Assembly (NCBI GenBank): GCA_003971905.1
Contig: RSEE01000001.1
Location: forward strand, 620,001-684,000
Reading direction: 5' to 3'
Source: Moniliella sp. 'wahieum'
Lineage: Eukaryota
Length of the DNA stretch: 64,000 nucleotides
Below are positions 1 through 12,326 of the stretch, one piece after another. The translations under genes were made by a program, and so were the position numbers. Position 1 is the stretch's first letter; each line of letters starts with the position of its first letter. The notes below the pieces were generated by a model, which was not told where the DNA came from, made no database searches, and saw nothing but the letters and a program-made list of their open reading frames with translations.

Positions 1-820
1 CCTGGAGTTGTGCATGGCCACACGACTGGCCTACACCCCCGCTGTCCAGGATGACACCTGAACGAGCCGAGCGCTTGTGGTTGGTGTATTGTGCGACCGC
101 CAGATGCTTGTAGAAGTCTTAGAAGTAAAAGTAGTAGGGGTTGCGCCCCGAAGCGATTTGGTGGGCAAAAGTAAAAAGCACCAGTTATAGGTGTAGTGAA
201 AGAAAATTGGAAACTTGGAGTAAATGCGGTCCAAGGTCGTTTGGCATCAAAATTGGATGCGTTTGGTAGTTGTTTGGTTCCGCATGCCTGGTGCCAGTGG
301 GGTCCATTGGGCATGGGAAATGAACGGGCGCTATGCGTCAACCGTCTTGATCTGTTTGGGTTCTCTTTGTTGTTGAAAAAGAGGAGTGGAAGAAGTTGGG
401 TGACCACCCCCCCCCATCCTTTCCCCAGGTGCCCCGGATGAATTGGCAATCCGGGGCGTGTAGCCGTGGGTGGGGCACTTGATGAGCAGCCACCCCCGCT
501 TTCTGCGATTCGCCTGCGCCGTTTTGTCGTTGGAGGAATTTCGTCTCGTTGACGATACCCGACACGTTTTGTTCCGTCGTGTGTTGTCCCTAAAAATCAT
601 TGCCCATCTGTGGGGGACGAGTGTGCCGATTGTGGCGGTAGTATGCCGATTGTGGCGGTAGTATGCCGATTGTGGCGGTAAGGTGCCGATTGTGGCGGTG
701 GTGTTGTTGGGCGGGGGACGGGTGTGTCTTGTGGGCTTGGCGGCTTAGCTTGGGCTTGTAGGCTTGGGGGTGGGCTTGCTTGAAGAGCGCTCCCCTTCCG
801 GGGGGATCAGATTGTAGCTC
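1..820 (-). mobile_element. Degenerate internal region of an LTR retrotransposon (gag zinc-knuckle and aspartic protease remnants), continuing beyond window start
   Basis: Minus strand near 30-60 reads GVILDSGGVG, a retroviral-type D-S-G protease motif. Near 445-500 is a broken C..KC...HG..PDC knuckle-like segment. The region lies directly downstream of the LTR at 821-1059. There is no intact ORF. Confidence 0.5.
624..699. repeat. 20-bp tandem repeat (tgccgattgtggcggtagta) x~4
   Basis: Read directly from the sequence; it sits in the leader region of the putative retroelement. Confidence 0.9.
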
Positions 821-1059
821 TGTTGGCCTAGGGAGCCGGACGGGCAGAAGGATGAGGAGAAGGTGATGGATTGGAGCCAGAGTTGGGTCTGGGTACAAGG
901 CATCTATATAGGAGGCTGGACTAGGCACAGGGACAGTGAGTCACACAGGAGAGAGTGCAGGGCACAGGGACAGTGACACGCAGGGACGTCAGCGTGGAAG
1001 CCGATGGAACCGAGGCGAACCTGGTCTACCGACTGGGAGCCAGAGGATCACAGTCAACA
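821..1059 (-). mobile_element. LTR copy 1 (239 bp, TGTTG...CAACA)
   Basis: 5-bp terminal inverted repeats TGTTG/CAACA and an internal TATATA. Clear homology to 30613-30851, including a 47-nt identical core gcagaaggatgaggagaaggtgatggattggagccagagttgggtct. Confidence 0.8.
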
Positions 1060-1079
1060 TGACCCGCTGGCAAAATAAC

Positions 1080-1151
1080 GCCTCTTTGGCTCAATGGTAA
1101 GGCGTCGCACTCGTAATGCGAAGATTAGTCGTTCGATTCGGCTAGGAGGCA
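1080..1151 (+). tRNA. tRNA-Thr(CGT)
   Basis: Acceptor stem GCCTCTT/AGGAGGC, D-loop TGGTA, anticodon arm TCGCA-CT-CGT-AA-TGCGA, T-loop GTTCGAT, followed by a T7 Pol III terminator. Confidence 0.95.
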
Positions 1152-2029
1152 TTTTTTTGTGCTGTTGGCCATTGCTACCGTGGAACGGAGCACTCTTCGA
1201 CGTGCGAGAGAGCAGTGGCCGGTGACAGTTGCTTTGGCCGCGAGCGGGCAAGACCTAACGTACAGGTAGAGCGAATGGGGGAGCGGGGGTAGGAAGACAG
1301 GATGCGCAAGAGAAACAGCGTGTACAGCGTTGACTGTTTGCGTACACAGGCCTTCCGCTTCTGGGCTGCGGCAGCAGCCTACAGGCAAAAACTATCTGTC
1401 CCACCTTGTGCGTCCCCCGAAAGCTGGCCTAGACAAGCTATAATATAGCGAGGACGATAAACGATGCAGGACTTCTGGTACTGAGTCTCAGTATCCTCAG
1501 GCCTGAGGAGGTATCACACGATATATCACGAGGCCGAGGGCAGGTGATGAGGCGGTGAGGCCACGCTCGGCAGGCGGAGGAAGATGCTCAGCGGCTCAGC
1601 TGCCAGCACCTCTGTTTCAAGCATGGGACCCTGCCAGGCACCAGCCCTGCGGCCAAATGGATCGGCATGTGCCGGCACAGGGCAGTGCTCCTGCGCCAGG
1701 CCAGTACTGATGCATGATGCATGATGAGGCTCCTAGCAAGCTAGCAGGGGGCCGGTGTACGTCACTTGTGGCGTGGACCCCCGTGCGTCGCTGCGCACAC
1801 TGCTCCTGTGCTACCACAGCCCTTGGTGCGACCCGCTGCCTTCGCATTCGCACACCCTGGCTCAGCGCTCGCTCAGCCGGAGCGTACAACTCAACCGACC
1901 ACCTGAAATCGCAGCCCGTCCGCAGTCGCCACTGCCATCACCACCACTACATACACACCATCACCATCCTCTCAATTCCCCCCGAACAACTACCACCTCC
2001 ACAGCACCACAACTTCTGCCAGCGGCTGG

Positions 2030-5000
2030 ATGCCCCTTCCCCCCAGCGCTCCTGCCGCCGCCATCGCTGCCATCTTGGCCAGCGCGCCCCCCCACGTGGC
2101 CATGAACACTGGCGTCGAGACGGTTGACGCTGATGATTCCTGTGACCCCACTTTACCAGCTCAGTCATCTCCTCTGTCCTACAATCAGACGTGGCAATTG
2201 ATATCGGCTTAGATGACCAACCCGACGTTGACGATGTTGACGCCGACAACAGCAATAGCGGCATCTACCCCCTCCCTCCCGACGCCTTCACTGGGGAATC
2301 CGAACCAGACGCGTTCGATTACTCGGATGGGGAGGAAGAATACGAGTACGATTTTGATGACCAACCTGAAGATCCACAAGAACAGATTTGGCCATATGTC
2401 CCTCCTCAAGCCTACGGCGCCACGGGACCAGTACCCTATCCCGCGGAGCACGGCGAGGCACTACTGGCTGATGCTCTGGCTGCTGGATGGCCTCTACCCG
2501 AAGGAATGACCGCCCCTGACCAATGGGCTCTTGGAGCGCCCGTCGTTCCGGGAGTCACTCAGCTCAGTCTTCCGTGCGAGTTGGCCGCCGAGGCCTCCCT
2601 GATCTTACACAAAGCCCAGACTGAAGCATTCGATAATACTCGCCGGCAGCGTGCTCATCGCCATCACTTCTCCATTCCGGACGTCTATGTCACTCCCGAT
2701 CCGGAGGAAGGGGGGGATCCAATTGTCGAGGTCGCTGTTCCACCCCAGAAACGCCGCTCTATGGTTTTCAGCCAGCTCTCGTCCGTCGATTTTGCATGTG
2801 AGCCCCCCTTCCCTAACCAGCCCGAGATGGACGCTCCTTCGGCCTTAGCCGCTCTCGCCCATGACTCAGGGGCTCACATGGGACCTGTGCATGATGAGCA
2901 TGACCAACAAGATCACCAATACTCTGGGACTGCATTCGATCTAAATTCATTTGAGGGCGACTGGGATTCCACCCCCAGCCAAAGCTTGGAGTCTTTTCCC
3001 CAAGCAGATGACCATTGGGTTGCTCCGTTGCGCGATCTACCCCGTCAGAAGAGCACCCTATTGACCTCGAAGAACTACAACGAGAGGGAAGGTCAACGCA
3101 CTCCTCGCCCCCAAGACTTCGTTCCGCAAGCCCTTTCTCAAAGCGTTACCCCGACTGCCATCTCGACTGCAACTGTATTGGCCTCTTGGGACCAGTCTGG
3201 TGGTGTTATTCAGCCCGCTGCGCCGGCAGAAGCCACCCCTACCCACGTTGAGTCCAACCCGCTTTGGACGGATCCTGAAGAGCTCAAGGCGAACGACTCT
3301 TCGGCTAATTTTGCCCTTGTCCCCTCTCGCCGTGCGCCCCCGCCCCCCCCCCCCTCGCCGCCTTCATCAATGGAGGAGCATGGCTCGTCGTACGACCCCA
3401 TCCGACCCTTCCATCATGCTGAACCAACCCAGCTCCCCAGTCCAAGCAATTCATGGTCTGATTTGGCCCTCTAACATCCAACATTGAAGAGGAGGTCGTC
3501 TCTGTTGCAGACCCTGACCCTGAATATGGTACTTCCACTGCGAGGAATGTGCCGCTAATGGAGGCCAAGTGTTCGTCGCTACACTGCCAGTCGACGGAAG
3601 AACAACCGCAAGCGCATCCGGCGTCCACTTCGACATCCTTTAGCTCCCTCACCGAAGTGTGGGCTACCCCGCAAGCACACCTGTTGCCTCCCCGCCCGAC
3701 TCGCCCAACGTTCAGCCTTTGAGGCAGGATACCGCTCCTCCCACTTGGAACCTGGTGGAACCGCCCCCATCCGTGGTGCCCTCTCTGGACGAACGAAAGA
3801 ATTTGGCAGACACGTGGACCAGTTGCTTCAGAGCAGGTACGTTATCTTTGTCACGTATAAGGCTACAGTCTTAACCGTGTCCTAGCACCAGGCGCTAACC
3901 TCCCTATGTAAGGCATCTTCCCCCCCGGGCAAGGCGCCATCCTCCCCAGATGAAAGGATCCTTCCCTGGACAGGTCGCAGTACGCGGAAGGATTGTTATC
4001 TTTGCAGATTGGGTCAGAGCCAGTGCAATCATCCCCCACCATCCATCAACCCACCGTGCCGGATGCCATTCTTCCCCCACTCCCGGAGATGCACATCAAA
4101 CCCACATCGAGCCGAGCGATGTCATTGGGACCCACTTTGACGCAGTCTTCCAGTTCCAAGGAGGAAACTTCCTCCAAGTCAACTCACACCCCTCCCCCAG
4201 CCCAGGAGCCCTTGCACTCGGGCAGTGAGTCCAAGCCGTAATACTTGCACTAGCAGACGATGAGGAGGATTGTATCAACAAACTGGGCCCGTTTCACCAC
4301 CGCTTCCTGCTATCGAGGTGAGGCGGGATATGTCAACCCCCTCCAAAAGTGCTGGAAGGCCAGACCCCATCCTTTCAACTGAACCCTCGACCTCGACCGC
4401 TCCCTCAAGCCGATCAGTCCCTCCGACCCGATGCGCCCTTCGGAAGCTTCCGTCGTGCGCCCCGGCCGCAACAACTGGACCTCGCTTTTCAGCTTCCGAA
4501 GCAAAATGGGAAACCTGCCCCCGCCACGCCACCGTCGCATGCTATGCGCACGGCCCTACCCACACTGCAATCCACCCCGACACGCTCTCCGTCGTCACCC
4601 CGCTTCCCGGCCAGAAATCCGGTTTCTTTCTGCCACTCTACCCTCCCTGCCCCTACCCCGGGCCCGGCTGCGCAGTGGTACAACTACACCGCTTCCTGAG
4701 CCCCATCACCCCCAGACGTCTTCGCTTGGGAATGAGTCATTGCCCAGCTTGCCTTCGCTCAACTTGACCGGACAGGGCTCCATGACCGATTTCTTGGGTA
4801 CACTAAGTCTCTCCACCATGTCACTGGCCTCGCTCGCCTCGCCCCCGGCTGCTGACTCGCAGGAACCTAAGCTGGAACCCGTTATGCCCACCCCTCTAGC
4901 TTTTGCCTCCGTCCCAGGGCTTAAGGCGGGTGGTGCGACGCAAGTTTCTCAGTCTCCCTCTTCTGTTGCCCCGGGCAGGCCTACCAACCCCCCGGTCATC

Positions 5001-6889
5001 CAGCCCGCGCACGGGCCGCCTCCTAGTGCCGCGACCTGGTTGAACAAGCGCGAGAAAGCAAGCCGTTGAGCTACACTGTGCCCGACATTGGGTCAGAATT
5101 TCCTTGGATTTTCTCTGCTCCTTCGGGTTCGGTGCCCGACTCCGCCTCGGGATCAGCGCCTGTTTCTCCCACTACCAATACTCCTCCTGAATTGGCCGAA
5201 CATGATGAGGTCCCCATGCTGGCAGCACAGAATCTGCACCGGTCCCTGAAGCCGGAGCGGTCCTCACACCCCGCTCATGAACTGGAGTCCGCTTCATTAT
5301 TGGGGGCAATGCCTATTCAACAACACCTCCAGTGGACCTGAAAGGCATAAGAAGGTCAAACAACAGGATGCTCGTGCCACTCTGCTGCCTGCCTCCTCGG
5401 TTTTGCCCGCTGCTCGCATTTGTGCTCCGGAGGTGACAAACTCCCCTGCCACACCTCCACGGCTTGCTTGCCGCCCCGTTCATACGGAGACAAGCGCCCT
5501 CCCCCCACTGCATCTCCGCTGCCTAGCCCAGTAATTTTGGCGAATCCCACCTCCAAAGTGGAGGTGAATGCCAAAGTGAGTCGACGGGCTGCGAAGGCGG
5601 CAGCCAAGCAGGCGGCCAAGGCGAAAAAGGAGCAAGCCAAGACGGAGGCAGCTCTGCTTAAAGGCTCCACAAGGTCGACCGTATGGTCCGTGCCCACGAT
5701 GCGAAAATGGCCAAGAAAGAGGCCAAGTCGGCTGTGCAGTCAACGTCCCCCGCTGGAGCTCTTTCACCTTCTGCAGCGCTGTACCCAGAGTCACAGCAAA
5801 GCCCGCCGCCAAGGGAGCGTCGGCCCTCGTACTGGCCAATTTCTCAAGCTTCGTCCCAAGGACCGGTCAAGTCGGCGGCCCCTCTTGAACACCCATCCTC
5901 CTATTCCTAGGGCGCGGGCTCGTCCACCGCAGTCCGATCAGCCCGAGAAAGCCAGGAACCGTTATCGTCCATCAAACCTGTCTCCCGCCGTGTGCACTCT
6001 CGCTCCCCCTCGGCTCGCTCGCACTCGACCATATGTCGCGACGCGTTTCTAGTCCTGGCGGAGGGACGGCGTTCCTTGTCCGCACCCATTCTTCCCGCTC
6101 ACGACTTAGTATGCGTGGCGAACCTACCCTCGCCCCTCGGCTGGGCCTTCTCTCTCCCTCTCTGCGATGAGCCACCCCCTCGATGCAGAGGATGAGGATG
6201 AGGATGAGGGTTGGACCAATACCAACCCCTCGGACGAGATCGAGCTATCGGCCTTGTCCACTGGCCCATCTCCCCCGTTGCCCAGCTCGCGTGAGTGGTC
6301 GTCGTCCATACAGCAGGAAGGCCGACGCAACCCTCTGCGGCATTTGGAATTTTGGCACCTCGCTACCCCGCTTTCCACTGATGCGTTTGCCCCCATTTCT
6401 ATGACGCACCATGTCCTGTCACATCCCGCGCCCAAACCCGCCTCCGAATCGGCTCTGACTCTGCCGCTCGCACCCCGGCGGAATCGCCCATCGAGTCGCG
6501 TGCGTCGCATGGCAACCCGAATTTCGGGGGAAAGTATCGCGACGAGTGTGTCCTCGCCCGTGGCTCATAGTAAAACTGCCTCACCGCCATCGCGTGGAGG
6601 GGCTTTTACACGCCAAGACCGGCTTCAATTTTGCCGGCTGTACCGCAAAAGGCACCCCCGCCTCCGCCCCGCTCGGCCACCTACACACCACCATCCCTGC
6701 ACCCCAGCGCAACAGGACGTGGACGCCTTTGTCTTCCCCGCCTTCTACGCTTGCCTCGTGAACCTTGAAGTTGGATGCTTGCTTTCCTTCGCAGTTATAT
6801 CCTATCGCCCGTTCCAAGCGCTCTGGCAGCTTGCTTGCCCTCATACACTCTTTTGTCCCCTGCACGTCCCGGCCAATGACTCGGCTTGA
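2030..6889 (+). CDS. Large Pro/Ser/acidic low-complexity hypothetical protein (frameshifted; boundaries uncertain)
   Basis: Chain of overlapping + strand ORFs (427 aa at 2191-3474, then 3993, 4431, 5066, 5420, 5683, 6167) with consistent P/S/D/E-rich composition. No domain recognised. Confidence 0.5.
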
Positions 6890-7422
6890 ACCTTGCTCTC
6901 CACCCTTTTGCTCCTCACGTGAAACCCAACCTGCTTATCTCTGCTCTGGCTCGGGTACCGTCCGTCCCGTTTGACCGTGCTCTGCTGTATTGGTGCATGT
7001 GCCAAGCCTTGCTAATGGTCTTTGGTCACCTTGTACGCCTTGAATTCTTGTCGTTTGCTATAGCTTGCCCACCTCAGTACGCCCAGTCCTCGCAATTGGT
7101 ACCTATCGTTGTTACTTTTTAGCATCGCCGCAGCATATGGATGCGCTGCAAAGGGACGAATAGAGTGCCATCGTTGTGTAGCTTGCTCTCCCCCACTTGT
7201 GCTTGGGCCAGGGGACCATAATGCATAAGACCATGCATAAGGCCTAAAGGCTCAAGGTATAGAGCAGTGTCAATATTAGGTGAAGAGGAAGCGTGAAGCC
7301 AAGCTTGAAGCTTACAATTCAAGGAGGATCAGCACGATCAGCACGATCATCGCGATCGACCAGTAGGGTTGCACTGAGAGCGACAGGGTTAGATAAGGGT
7401 ATGACCAAGCGTATGCTCGTCC

Positions 7423-9404
7423 ATGAAGCTTGAACTTCAAGCCAACTGCCCTTCACGGCGCTGGCACCATCTTGGCCCCCCACGCAGAAGGATGCGCGCA
7501 TTGGTCCGCCTGAGCCAGGATCTGGCCTTATCCTGCTTCTTGCCCCATGTGCTTCCGTCCTTGCCCACGCGGAGCAGGTTGTTCTCGATACACGCAAGAC
7601 CCCTCCTGACGGTCCCGGCAGGATCCGCGGGTTTGAGCTCAATACCCCTCCCCCTCTCGATGCTGGCAAAAAACTATTTCGTCAATGTCGGCACCAGCTC
7701 TTCGACCACTCTTTTGGCCAGTACAGGACATGCAGAGTCCACGCCCTGGTCACCCTCGTTGGTGGAAGCCTGCGGACCGCCCATCACTGGCGGGCAGTGG
7801 AACTGGAGATGACCGGACGAGTACGTTGGGCCCATGAACGTGTGGTATTACAACCTAGAGAAGGTCTTGAAGCACTGATCACAGATCCTTCCTTTTATTG
7901 CGTTGTACAGGTGCCGGGCGACAGTACGATCGTCTTGGTTCGGTTTTGGTTCGGGGGGGTGAGCTGTGGCGCACCGACAATTCCGAACCTACACCTGCCG
8001 GGTCGTGTGGAACGCACGCAAGGATGTGAGCAAATACTTTGCTCTCTGGGCGCAGCAGGGGACCGTCCTCTTTGATTATGAAAACTATCTAAGTGCGGTG
8101 GATAATGCCCCGCTCAACGTGACACTGGACATTGCTGTTCACGTTCCCTGGACAGAGGAAGTATGAGGGTCCCACCCCTCTGGCCCAGCGTACGGCTGAG
8201 CTGATCCTCCCCTTATCCACAACTATACTACGGACAAGTCCATGTTTTCCGTCGGTGGTGAGGGAAACCCACCATCTGGCAATTCAAGTATCACGTTGCC
8301 TCCGCACACGAGCTCGGCACTGGTAGAGGTTTACGCCAGTGGAACGTCGCAAGAGGAAGAATGGTACACCTCGGTCCCGGATGATGTGTACCCCACCCTA
8401 TCCCAGTCCACGACGCAGAACCTGGAATTGTATCCCCCGCGGTCCGGTACGGGAAATCCAAGTCCGGGTGGACGATCGGCTGGCGGGATTTGTCCAGCCT
8501 TATCCGGTGATCTTTACTGGAGGAATTGCACCCGGAATGTGGAGGCCGATGGTCTCCTTTGGCGCGTTTGACCAGCCCACCTACATCTTAGATCTGACCC
8601 CCTTTCTCCCTCTCCTGTTGGATGGACAGCAGCACACTGTATCCCTCGCCGTCGTTTCAGGGAGAAGAACGGGACGATTGACTCGTCATGGTTTCTGAGT
8701 GGAAACATCCAGGTCCGCTTGGACCCGTCGGGAAAGCCCACCAAGGGATCCCTGATAACCTACGAAGCCGACATCCTCCCTCACACGTCTCTCACTACCA
8801 CTTCCCGCGTAACGGGCAACTCGTCTATTCTATCCATTCTCCAGAGCCGAGTCCCACGCACGCTAAAAGTCGAAAGTATCCTGCACTTGGGCTCACAGGC
8901 GAAGCCCAAGTGGATCAAATGGCACCAATCCGCCACCACCTTTGCCAATTGCACCGTCGTTGGATCAGGCCAGTTAGCTCAGATGAACATTGTCAACAGT
9001 CGCGGTCGATCTTTCTCCACCCATGGCCCCGGCCCTTTTTGGAGTATGCGTGGAACTTGCCCCTCAACGTGTCCAGTCGCGGAGACGGCACCCCGTTCGA
9101 AGCATGGGTCCAACGCGGCTATCACGCTCACCTCGCCCTTCCCACTGGGGAATTTGGCGTTCCCCTTTGGGCTCGCACGGATTCCGTCCAATCCTCCCAG
9201 GGTGAATTCAACCTCTCTACAATTGGTCGACTAGCTTCTTCAAAGGGAACTGCGTCTCAGCAATACGCGTACGCCGACGCTGCGGGCAACACATTCCAAC
9301 GTTCCACCCAAGTCTGGTCGGCCAATGCCACCACGGGAGTCATCCAGGACAATGTGGGTGGCACGCTTGCCGTGTACGCACCCTCGATTCTGCCTCCTCC
9401 GTAA
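7423..9404 (+). CDS. Peptide-N4-(N-acetyl-beta-glucosaminyl)asparagine amidase A (PNGase A) family
   Basis: Motifs QYDRLG, EEEWYTSVP, GPVREIQVRVD..LAG...PYPVIFTGGI.P..WRP..SFGAFD.P.Y.LDLTPFLPLLLDG..H, WFLSGNI. Probable intron ~7821-7910; several frameshifts. Confidence 0.85.
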
Positions 9405-10658
9405 TCATTCACTTCTTCGTCTTTCTTGTGGCATCATCCATATGCTGGTATACCACACCGTCAGAGGAAATCGGAACGGGACGGCAGATGTGATGTTGAA
9501 AGGGGGGTGGCATCGACAGCAAGGATGGGGGGGCATGTTAGAAACATGCGAGGGAGCTGGGGTTGATTCATCCCTTTTTTGGAGAATCGATGGTAAATGA
9601 GCTTTGGTAGAGGGCGAGCGAGGCCTGCGTATGCTTCGCTGGTCGATCTCTTGCCCCTCTTCCGCCGTGATTCCTTGGTCCCCAATCCATCCCCCAAAGC
9701 CATTTCATCTTGACGCACGCTGGACAAGGCGCACCCACCAATATCATTCCCTCATCGTTCGTGCCGGTATTGCGGGCTCCGAAGCGGGATTTTCGGTACA
9801 GGCGTTCGATGCTATCGCCTCTCTATACAACTAAGTAAGCTCCCGCTCACAGCTGACGCGGTCAAGCTGTTCAAAGACCGTCTTGCCAATTTCTGCGGCG
9901 CCAGCCAAATCCCATATGGCGCCTTGCGCTCGACCTTGACCTGAGCCCTCCAGGCAGCCTATTAGGGGGGTGATAAACGAACGCACGCGCTTCCTTGCCT
10001 ACCCGGCGGCCGACGAGGCACAGCTGACAACTTGATGGCTTTGTCGAGTACCACACGATCGACTACGCGAACGCTATTGAGACCATGTGAGCTATGTGAG
10101 CAACACGCTTGATGGCTTGATGCCACCTGTTTGGCGTACTCTCGATTCGAGCATTCGGATGGTAAGGAGGCGGCGTAACTGCAACAGCGAGCCGTGGGCA
10201 ACTAAACTAGACTGGGTTTGAGGCTGCTTGGAGGCTAATGTGGGTCGCACGAGATCACTGCCGTGTGGGGAAGGCACCAGGTCAGTGTGTCCAGACCCTG
10301 CTCGCTCCTCTCAGCCGCAGCCGCGGCGGATGCGGAACAGCGCCCCCAAGCCTGCTGCTGTCCAACGCAACATCGACCCCTCCGCTCGCTCGCTCGTCTC
10401 GCTCACAAACTACAAGGGCGAAGAGGCTCTTTGCTCTGGCGCCTTGGAGCTCCCACAAAGAGATCCAGCAATCTCCAACGTCCATCGTACGTCCATCGCG
10501 CCCAACAGCCATGCGTCATGACGCGTGACGCGAGTAAGGGCAGATGCTCTTCGCTGCACCACTGTACTAGTCACTCCAGCCGTTCCTCTTTTCCTTTTCT
10601 CTGCCACCATCGCCGCCCCTCATCGCCCACTAAAGCTCCAATCCACTAACATCGAAGC

Positions 10659-11576
10659 ATGAAGCTTCTCTCCGGTGCCATGCTTGGGCTGCTGGCTGCC
10701 CTCCCCTACTCCAGACCATCACTGCTGCCGACTTGAACAATGTCACTGGGATCGATGGTACTTGGTCCAGCGGCTCTGGCAACGTCACTACTGGGCTGAA
10801 ATTCTTCAACCCAGCTAATGCCAAGTTCACCGTGCCCTCGACCAGTGGGATCTCTTACTCCTTTACGCAAGATGGCTTCTTTGAGGAGGCTAAGTACATT
10901 TACACATCCAATTGTACGTTTCCCACATGTGGTGTGCTATTCCAGGTCGACAACGGACGGCTGACCCGAATGCTCGTGTCCCCGCTGAAACTGTACAGCA
11001 ACAGTGAACCGATGCATCAAAGCCTCACTCATTTGGCAGCATGGCACCTACCAAATCAACTCCAATGGCAGTCTGTCCCTTCAGCCTTGGAAGAGCGATG
11101 GGAAAGTGATGGTGTTTGACGTGTGTGCTCGCCAGACCGTGCAGCAATACTACTATGTCCAACCGGAACTTATCCCGCTCTGGTATAACTTTCTTGAGCC
11201 TGACGCGGGCACAGCGCCTTGGTCAGACACCAAAGAAAATGCCGACCCTGCGTTTGCTCTCCAGATGTATCAGAACGGAGGGGGGGGTCAGGCAGGGGCC
11301 AAAATGGTATGTGCTTTTAAGATCCATCACTCCATACGTCCATACTGACCTATGCTCCTCTGCCTACACAAGCCGGTCTTGTACCTTCAAGCCCGCCCTC
11401 CAAACATGCTACCGACTGTGCCTTTGATGGAGAACGTACTGAATCCTGAGGCTACAGGGGGGAAAACATCTTCAGCAGGCGGCTCCAACCAAGGGGGTGA
11501 TGATGGAGATGAAGGGCTGGATGAAGGTGCTTGGAGGAAGAGACGGTTTTTTGGTTCAATGGGGGTTGAGGGGTAA
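10659..11576 (+). CDS. ROT1: ER chaperone Rot1
   Basis: Signal peptide, then GTWSSGSGNVTTG..FFNP, GISYSFT.DGFFEEAKY, C..A.LIWQHGTY....NGSL.L.P...DG and LYL..RPPNMLPT. Introns begin at ~10914 and ~11307. Confidence 0.9.
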
Positions 11577-12326
11577 AGCCACAGTGGCGCCTACTAGGTC
11601 GAATCGGGATTTACGTCCCACGCCAAGTCCTACTGCATCTTAGCCCACGACAACGCCTGCACTCCTACGTTAGGGAGATGGCCTCCCATCCTTTTTATCT
11701 CTTCACGCGCAATGCTGTTTTCGCTCCTACATTCGTCTCTTCTGCTCCCCTAAAGACTCTCATTTCTTACCAACAAAACGGCAATTGCTTGGACTGTGGA
11801 TGTACAATGATATTCCTGATCGACCCCGCACTTATGGCAGTGGCTTCTTCATTTGATAAAGCGCTCCTTTACTTGCGGACAGCTGATGTTGCCTGCGTGT
11901 TGTCAGAGCGGCACACTACCAGATATATGGTTAGTAGAGTACTAGTAGTCCTACTACCTCTATCATGACCCTCACCTCGTAGGCTGCAGCCGTTGCCTTG
12001 AGCAGGCCTCATGCACACAGCACAGGCTCCACCAGATCCAACCAAAGCTGATATCATATCATCATGCCAGCATGTATACCACTGCACTCTTCTTTCGCCT
12101 ACGTCCAGCAGCCGAAGCCACATCTAAGTCATGGCCGCGATCACCCCACAAATGCAAACGAGTTCGTAGTACATGCACCAGGCAAATCGCAGATGGGTAT
12201 GAACAACGATGGGAGAACAGAGCGAGTAGTACGACAAGCGCGAGGTAAACAAGAAACTAGGACATAAAGTTCCATCCGTTGGACTCACCCATTGTGTCAT
12301 CCTGACTAGCTTCTCCCGCATTGGCC

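Noticed and set aside
624..699. 20-bp repeats as a CRISPR array
   Set aside because: The units are contiguous with no unique spacers, the context is eukaryotic and there are no cas genes.
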